The notes beneath the pieces are model-generated. The model was not told the DNA's origin. It was given only the letters and a program-made list of their open reading frames with translations, and did no database searches. A program made the translations under genes and the position numbers. Positions 56,700 to 64,000 of a stretch of 64,000 bases of DNA are shown here, in pieces (position 1 is the stretch's first letter; the number at the start of each line of letters is the position of its first letter). Source of the stretch: Octopus vulgaris (taxonomy: Eukaryota); contig OX597824.1 in NCBI GenBank assembly GCA_951406725.2, positions 80,724,001-80,788,000 of the forward strand, read 5' to 3'.

Positions 56700-57115
56700 C
56701 TTACTTAGATAACTTAGGTAAGTTTTTGCTGAAGTTGGCCCAGGTCATGTCTAATTTAATAGCACCACCTGGAAGAGATACACAATCAGATCTTGGGCAC
56801 CATAGCCCATTCGAGCACAGAGTTATTGTTTTCAGAGACATATCCGGGTGTACGTGATTTGTCTGGTATCTGTTGAAAGTAATCATCTAGGGACGGTTTG
56901 AATGCCGTGAAATCACTTTCCTCCATTTTGTGGGCTGTCACGATGTTGAAGAGAGCAGGACTAGTTGAGGTGGAATAATCCCGTCGTAGTGTTGTGATAC
57001 GGCACAAACATGATTTCTGTAGTAGACGGATGACACGGAGGCCAAACCTCGGATGAATTTTAAAGATGATAACTATATCATTTGGGCAATATTGATGGAA
57101 TGTTTTCCCGTCAAC
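56700..57115 (-). mobile_element. CR1/L2-like LINE 3' end
   Basis: HPRFGLR..SPALFNIV..FKPSLDDYFQQIPDKSRTPGYVSENNNSVLEW, followed by a short 3' UTR. Confidence 0.72.
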
Positions 57116-57407
57116 ATTTTAGCCAAAGAAATTTCTACAAGATAGTTCTAGCTACTAAAGACAGCAGCTGTATTTTTTTCTAATATTACATCTTACCGCC
57201 ATTAAAAGAGAAACTAAAATATCGAAATACACGTTGGATTATATAGTTTTAGGTGTGTTATCCCATTAAAAGACCACAAACGATGGAATGACTGATCGTT
57301 AGTTCGTTCAATTAGGCTGATGTTGGAGTTAATTACCACGAAGACAACGACGCCCACCATCGTTATCATCATCATCATCATCGTCATCATCATCATCATC
57401 GTTATCA

Positions 57408-57442
<35 letters not shown>

Positions 57443-57593
57443 ATCATCATCATCATCATCATTACCATCACCACCACGAACACCAAACATTGTTATGATA
57501 CGCTTTCCATTTATTACTTAATGACAACGAAGCTCCTGAAACATTTCGTCGCACTTCTTCGAACCGGCTGTTGAAACGCTATCCACACAATAT

Positions 57594-57759
57594 AGGCGCA
57601 GGAGTGGCTGTGTGGTAAGTAGCTTGCTAACCAACCACTTGGTTCCGGGTTCAGTCCCACTGCGTGGCATCTTGGGCAAGTGTCTTCTGCTATAGCCCCG
57701 GGCCGACCAATGCCTTGTGAGTGGATTTGGTAGACGGAAACTGAAAGAAGCCTGTCGTA

Positions 57760-57847
<88 letters not shown>

Positions 57848-58045
57848 TGTGTTTTGTCCTCCTAGCATTGCTTGACAACCGATGCTGGTGTGTTTACGTC
57901 CCCGTCACTTAGCGGTTCGGCAAAAACAAGAGACCGATAGAATAAGTACTGGGCTTACAAAGAATAAGTCCCGGGGTCGATTTGCTCGACTAAAGGCGGT
58001 GCTCCAGCATGGCCGCAGTCAAATGACTGAAACAAGTAAAGAGAG
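57594..58045 (+). mobile_element. SINE family A, full length, young
   Basis: Near identical to 5576-5980 and 8001-8413. Confidence 0.93.
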
Positions 58046-58608
58046 TATAGGAATCCGTTACGCTAGAAAGAACAATCCCGAACCTTAATCAAGTAAGCGT
58101 ATACATTTATGTGACGTTTTATCTTCCAATGCATCTCCTTCCATCATTAAGCCCTATGCCTTATAACTGCTGTCAACTTTATCTAATAAATCGTTGCTCT
58201 CACTTCATATATGTTTATACACATTTTAAAATATGTCCATAAATTTGTGAGATTACATAACCCGGATGATATATCTTTCACCTGCACAGGTATATAATTT
58301 GTTAGGTTATTAGCCTGTAGTTAGGGTGTTCCTCTCGCACTTAATTGATTTCAGGTTTGAATCCGCAGCGTAGAACATTAAGCAAATGTCTTCTATTTAT
58401 TCTTGCGTCGACTGAATCATTTATCTTTTGTCTTTTACTTGTATCAGTCATAAGATTGTGGCCATGTTGGGGCACCGCTTTGGAGAGTATTAGACGAACA
58501 AATCTACCCTAGTCCTTGTTTGGTGCTTATACTATTGGTCCCTTTGCCGAATCGAGAAATAGCATAAAACAGAGCATGTATATACATCACTACCAGCATA
58601 TATATATA

Positions 58609-58811
58609 GTTAATCCACACAAGAAAGCACAAAAAAACACAACAACGCGAGGACGTGGAACAAATATAGTATTATTGGACGCTCGAGAAAGAAGGAAAGA
58701 AGGAGGGTTTAACGTTTCGAGCGGAGCTCTTCGTCGGAAACATAGGAGAAGGAAAGATCCAGAGAAGGGAAGACAGAGGAAAAAAAAATCGCCAACGGTA
58801 CACACGAGGTC
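58609..58811 (-). mobile_element. Short repeat family H1
   Basis: Reverse complement of 2823-3016. Confidence 0.72.
58707..58741 (-). ncRNA. Minimal type-I hammerhead motif (U4C variant)
   Basis: Minus strand GTTT-CCGACGA-A-GAGC-TCC-GCTC-GAAA-CG-TT-AAAC; palindromic AACGTT in place of stem III. Confidence 0.62.
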
Positions 58812-59755
58812 ACATTTTATATATATATATATTTACACACACACACACATATACGTTCAATGCTCCATTAGATTGACACCAGTACGCAACTGGTTCTCGG
58901 CGAAATTTTGACTCAGAACGTAGCGGTAGACGAAATACCGCTAAGCAGTTCGCCGCCTTACTAACGTTATATATCACAAGTGCTCAGGTATATGGTTTGT
59001 TAATGTATTAACCTGTCGTTAACGAGTTCACTTCGCACTTAATTGATTTCAGGTTTCAATCCACAGCACAGAACATTAATCAAATGTCCACTACTTATTG
59101 CTGCCTCAATCAAAGCATACATCTAAGAGTATTATGAAATATATACCTATTAATTTCTGAGACTACATAACGTTGATGATTATATATTTCACCTGCTGTG
59201 GCGTAAGATTTACTGACTTGTCTACCTGTACTTAACGAATTTACTTCACATCTAAACGGCTTCAGGTATGATGCTGCAACACAGCACCTTAATCAAATAT
59301 CTTCTATCAATACTTATCCCTGAGTCGAACAAACGTTTGTGAATGATATATCTCCGACAGAAGCCGTGAAGAAGACGGTCATAAATATTGTTCTTCATAT
59401 TGTATGATAGCCTTAATAAGTCGCCTGGTTTAAAACAGCTATAAATTCGGTACTGTTTGCAGAATTTGCTCTTTTGTAAATTTTCAGAGCATGTCCTATG
59501 TCAATAACTGCGTCTTACCTTGTGTTTTTGCTTATGTGTTTATGTGTGTGTGTGTACGTATTTGTGTATGCTTTTGTGTTGGTGTGTGCTGTTTTGTTTT
59601 CGTGTACTGAAGAGTAGCATATTGTTTATAGTCATGAATCACCTATACTGGTTCACTTGTTATGGTTGTTTTATCGCACATCAGCTTCTTACCCCACTCC
59701 TTCCCTCCTCATCTTTCCCTCTCTCATCTATCAACACACACACACACACACATGG

Positions 59756-59821
<66 letters not shown>

Positions 59822-59844
59822 ATATATATATATATGTATATATA

Positions 59845-59901
<57 letters not shown>

Positions 59902-60451
59902 GCATATGTAAATGTATATATACATCTATGTGTTCGTGTATGATTGCGTATGATTGTGCTTGTGTGTGTTTGCGTGTGTTTCTTTAAGTCGTGTTTGTTT
60001 CCATCGGTAGACTATGGCCATGCTGGAACACAACCTTCAAGGGCGTTTAGTGGTTCGTATCGACCGCAGTGCTGTGTCTGGTGCATAGTTAATGATTTAT
60101 ATTTATCGCTAAGTTACGGGACATAAACACAGACACTGTTTCTTTCAACCGATGGTAAGTTAAAGATAGCCATAGATATAGACACCATCCCCCTACACAG
60201 ACACAGGCAAGACATTATGTATATACATACATATATACATTTACGTATAAATATGTATGTATATGTATATATATACACATATATGTGTGTGTATTTGTGT
60301 AGGTATGTGTATAAATTATAAATCTATATATATGCATGTAGCATACACGCCTAGATGTTGTTTCTTCGTTTCATCTCGTTGGTCACAGACGCTCTGAAAT
60401 GTATCCCGGATAACAGCTATTGCTCCCTCACTTCAGATAAGGTCACAGACC

Positions 60452-60615
60452 CAGGCGCGGCTATATGGTAACAAGTTTACTTTCGAATCGCATTGTTCCG
60501 GGTTCAGTTTCACTTTATGGCACCTTGGGCCATGTAGTGTGTTCCACTATTGCTCCGAGCCAACCATAGCCTTGTGAGTGAATTTGATAGGTGGAAACTG
60601 AAAGAAGCTTTTCGC
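60452..60615 (+). mobile_element. SINE family A, 5' half, degenerate
   Basis: gttccgggttcagt..ggcaccttgggc..ggaaactgaaagaagc. Confidence 0.75.
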
Positions 60616-60655
<40 letters not shown>

Positions 60656-60881
60656 GTGTGTATGTATATCGAGAAAGAGAGAGAATATGAGGGGTTTAGT
60701 TCACGTGACCTAAACGAATAGATACGCTGGGTAAGTGCTATAGGTGGTCGACCATTAGGTTCCAAGATCACAGCTAAGGTTTGATCTAGGGTTTCGTTTG
60801 AGGATCCTTAGATCTTAAATTTAGAATATTTTAATTAGGGTAAGGTGAATTTCAAGTATTATATATATATATATATATATA

Positions 60882-61076
60882 GGCGTAGGAGTGGCTGTGT
60901 GATATGTAGATTGCTTACCAACAACATGGTCCCGGGTTCAGTCCCATTGCTTAGCAACTTGGGCAAGTGTCTGCTACTATAGCCTCGGGCCGACCAAGGC
61001 CTTATGAGTTTGGTAGACGGAAACTGGAAGAAGCCCGTCGTATATGAATATATATATATATACATATATATGTCGC

Positions 61077-61124
<48 letters not shown>

Positions 61125-61330
61125 ATGTGTGTGTGCATATGTTTGTGTGCCTGTCCTCCAGTATCGCTAGACAACCCATGCTGATGTGTTTACGTCTCCG
61201 TAACATAGCGGTTCGGCAAAAGATGCCGATAGAATAAGTACTAAGCTCTGGGGTAGATTTGCTCGACTATAAAGGCAGTGTTCCAGCATGACCGCAGTCC
61301 AATGACTGAAACAAATAAAAGAATAAAAGA
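60882..61330 (+). mobile_element. SINE family A, full length
   Basis: Head, microsatellite, body and tail match. Confidence 0.9.
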
Positions 61331-61959
61331 GTACATATATATGACTCAGAACAGCTCTTAACCACGAGACAGCACTTATCTTAGGGTTGAAAAAATAAGG
61401 GTTTTCTCGTGGCTATGGGTTGTTTTGGCTCTTATTTCTAGCAATACTGGTGCTAACTAGTACCCTTAGGCACTTTAGGGACTTCTATAGTCCTGCCTTT
61501 CGATTATAAATGGCGAATAAGCCAACTTTGTTATTTATATAAATGTGTGTTTGTGTGTGTGTGTGTGCATGTATATATATATATATATATATACATACAT
61601 ATATATATATATATATATGCATACATACACACATAGGTATATTTATTCATACATACATACATAATACATACATACATAGATATGTGAGTGTGTCTTAGTA
61701 TACGTGTTTATCTCACTACAACCGCTTGGCTACTGGTGTTAGTTTGTTTATGTTCCCGTAAACTAGCGGTTCGGTATACGTGCCGCGCTTAAAAAGCAAT
61801 AAGTAGTGCACCCTACACCCTTCGTGGCAGTGCTCCAGCATGGCCGCAGTCCAATGACTGAGACAAGTAAAAGATAAAACATAAAAAATATCCACCTCTG
61901 GCCAATTTTTTAAAGATCATTTTACTTCCGGTATAGTTATTGCTATCACATTCTAATTC

Positions 61960-63040
61960 TGGCCCTCTTAATGGCTGGAACCGAAAGATCTCGAGTAAAT
62001 TAATAGGTCCGTCCGCCAAGAGCACTATGACGGTGAAGACTTGATGTCGAAATGTAAGCTCTTTGACTTGTATCCTTTCAGAATTGTGCCGACTGCCTCC
62101 AGTTCTGTAGCGTCTGACAACCTTACGGTGAAGACGTTCCATTGCCCAACACAGCTCTCTGGCTCTGAAAGAAATGGTTTTTAACTCCTCCGAGCTTCTG
62201 CAGTAGGGATTCGAGTGTAATCACGCAGAAAGGAAGAGAAAGGGATAATTTCTGACGGACTGCGTGCACCGTGCGAGACGGTTCCAAAAGTTAGTCATCT
62301 TCTTTGATTACCAAGTTGATACCTATTTCTTTATTGCCCACAAGGGGCTAAACACAGAGGGGACAAACAAGGACAGACATAGGTATTAAGTCGATTACAT
62401 CGACCCCAGTGCGTAATTGGTACTTAATTTATCGACCCCGAAAGGATGAAAGGCAAAGTCGACCTCGGCGGAATTTGAACTCAGAACGTAACAGCCGACG
62501 AAATACGGCTACGCTAACGATTCTGCCAGCTCGCCACCTTAAGTTGATACCGCTTTACTTTGCAGCAATACAGTCTTTGTAAACGGATTTGAAAGCAGCT
62601 ACTTTCAGAAATTTTAACGGATCCAGATCGATTGGGGATCCCTCGAAATCCAACTTTTTCCAACCTTCTCTATGATATATCGCACGAGGTCTGAGGATAT
62701 TGTGGCGAACTTCTTTAGGACTGCATATGTTGTGCTTCTCGGAACACACCACCAATGATAAGTGCGAGCCTCACACCCTCCGTATTTCAGCTTCCCGTAT
62801 CAGTATGTTGCAAAATGCTGCGCCTTATGCTGAGAGCTACGGCAGACATCAAGTTACACACTAAAGTCTACAACCATTTTCAAGGTATCATCTTTCCCGG
62901 GCAGTCGAAGAAAGTGCTGTTCCAAAACTTCATACCAACTACAAAGCCAGTAAAAACCTTTTCGTTAGGTCCATGTCTTGTGCATTTCAAGACAGAATAT
63001 TCAACACAACTGTGTGGAAAAGCATGGCTACTATTTTTTA
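61960..63040 (-). mobile_element. Decayed L1/Tx1-like LINE reverse transcriptase region
   Basis: Fragments LVRYIIEKVG, IDLD..LKVAAFKSVYKDCIAA, AVRQ..ITLESLLQKL, ADGPINLLEIF occur in the order expected for a Tx1-type RT; heavily frameshifted. Confidence 0.7.
62324..62538 (-). mobile_element. SINE family B inserted in the LINE
   Basis: TSD aagttgatacc at 62313-62323 and 62541-62551. Confidence 0.92.
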
Positions 63041-63042
63041 TA

Positions 63043-63167
<125 letters not shown>

Positions 63168-63619
63168 ATCAAGCAGAGAGAGCTTCGAAGCTAAACACAA
63201 CAGAGTTTACAAATGAAATGGTTTATATTTAGAAATATCATTTTCTTTCTTTCCTTAATGTACAGACAGAAAAAAATCGCTAAATGGTTACAAAAATTCC
63301 CAGCTACGCCTTGCGAAAGAAAATAATTAAAAAGCTAGACAATTACGCAAAATATTTCTTCCCATAAACGCAAGAGAGAACAAAACCATATTGTACTGTA
63401 GAGAAATACCCATTGTAAAAGAGAAAAAAGTTAACGACAATTCCATAAAAATTTTACCACTTATATGAACAATGCAAGGTACTATTTTTGCAACAACAAC
63501 AACAACAAAGATGGCACCGAGAGCACATATGCATACGACTGCAAAGAAAAAAATATTTTTGAGAATCGCAACTTTGCATATCATATCAGAGAAACAGAAT
63601 TTTGACATAATCTAATTTG

Positions 63620-64000
63620 GAGAAAAGGCGATGGCTTGGGAAAATTTGTCTCATCATGCAATCTTTCTTCGTCAGAATATTTTTCTCGTCTAAAGACTAG
63701 GTACGGTAAAAAGTTACATATCTGTGTATTGTGAAACCAAAGCATGGTGGAGGCCTTGAGCTGTTCTTAAAACAGCAGCAGGAAGAGGCCCTGCCCACCA
63801 TCGAACATGTTGGGCAAGGCCTATAGAACTGTCCGCCTGCTTTTAGAATCGAAAACAGCACGAGACGATATACTGAAGTTGTTAAATTCACGCGCATCTT
63901 TACAACTGTATCTCCAAATAGTCACCAAAGACACAAATGGTGGGGGCTTAGGAAAACGGGCAATAGCACTGAGTCTTTGAAGCCCTTAATTTCACAGTGT
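63620..64000 (-). mobile_element. Possible endonuclease-region remnant of the same Tx1-like LINE
   Basis: Upstream position, higher GC and a weak GGQGLFLLLF resemblance to the GGGVAVLF motif. Confidence 0.3.

Overview
AT-rich eukaryotic, almost entirely non-coding DNA dominated by (TA)n/(CA)n/(TATG)n/(ATT)n microsatellites. The SINE families look like those of octopus (inference, not verified). Nearly every ORF in the supplied track is a microsatellite or repeat artefact. Real content: many copies of three tRNA-derived SINE families, decayed LINEs (R4/Dong-like, L1/Tx1-like, RTE-like, CR1-like), decayed Tc1/mariner elements and MITEs/foldbacks, two truncated U6 snRNA copies, and one plausible first coding exon (47508-47576, +). 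The most notable signal is nine or ten type-I minimal hammerhead ribozyme motifs in several unrelated short repeat families. These include U4C and U3-A8 core variants, long stem-II loop variants, and a 344-bp circularly permuted tandem/inverted unit (37783-38469) that resembles a non-LTR retrozyme or Penelope pseudo-LTR. Element boundaries were read by eye and are approximate unless a TSD or TIR is quoted.
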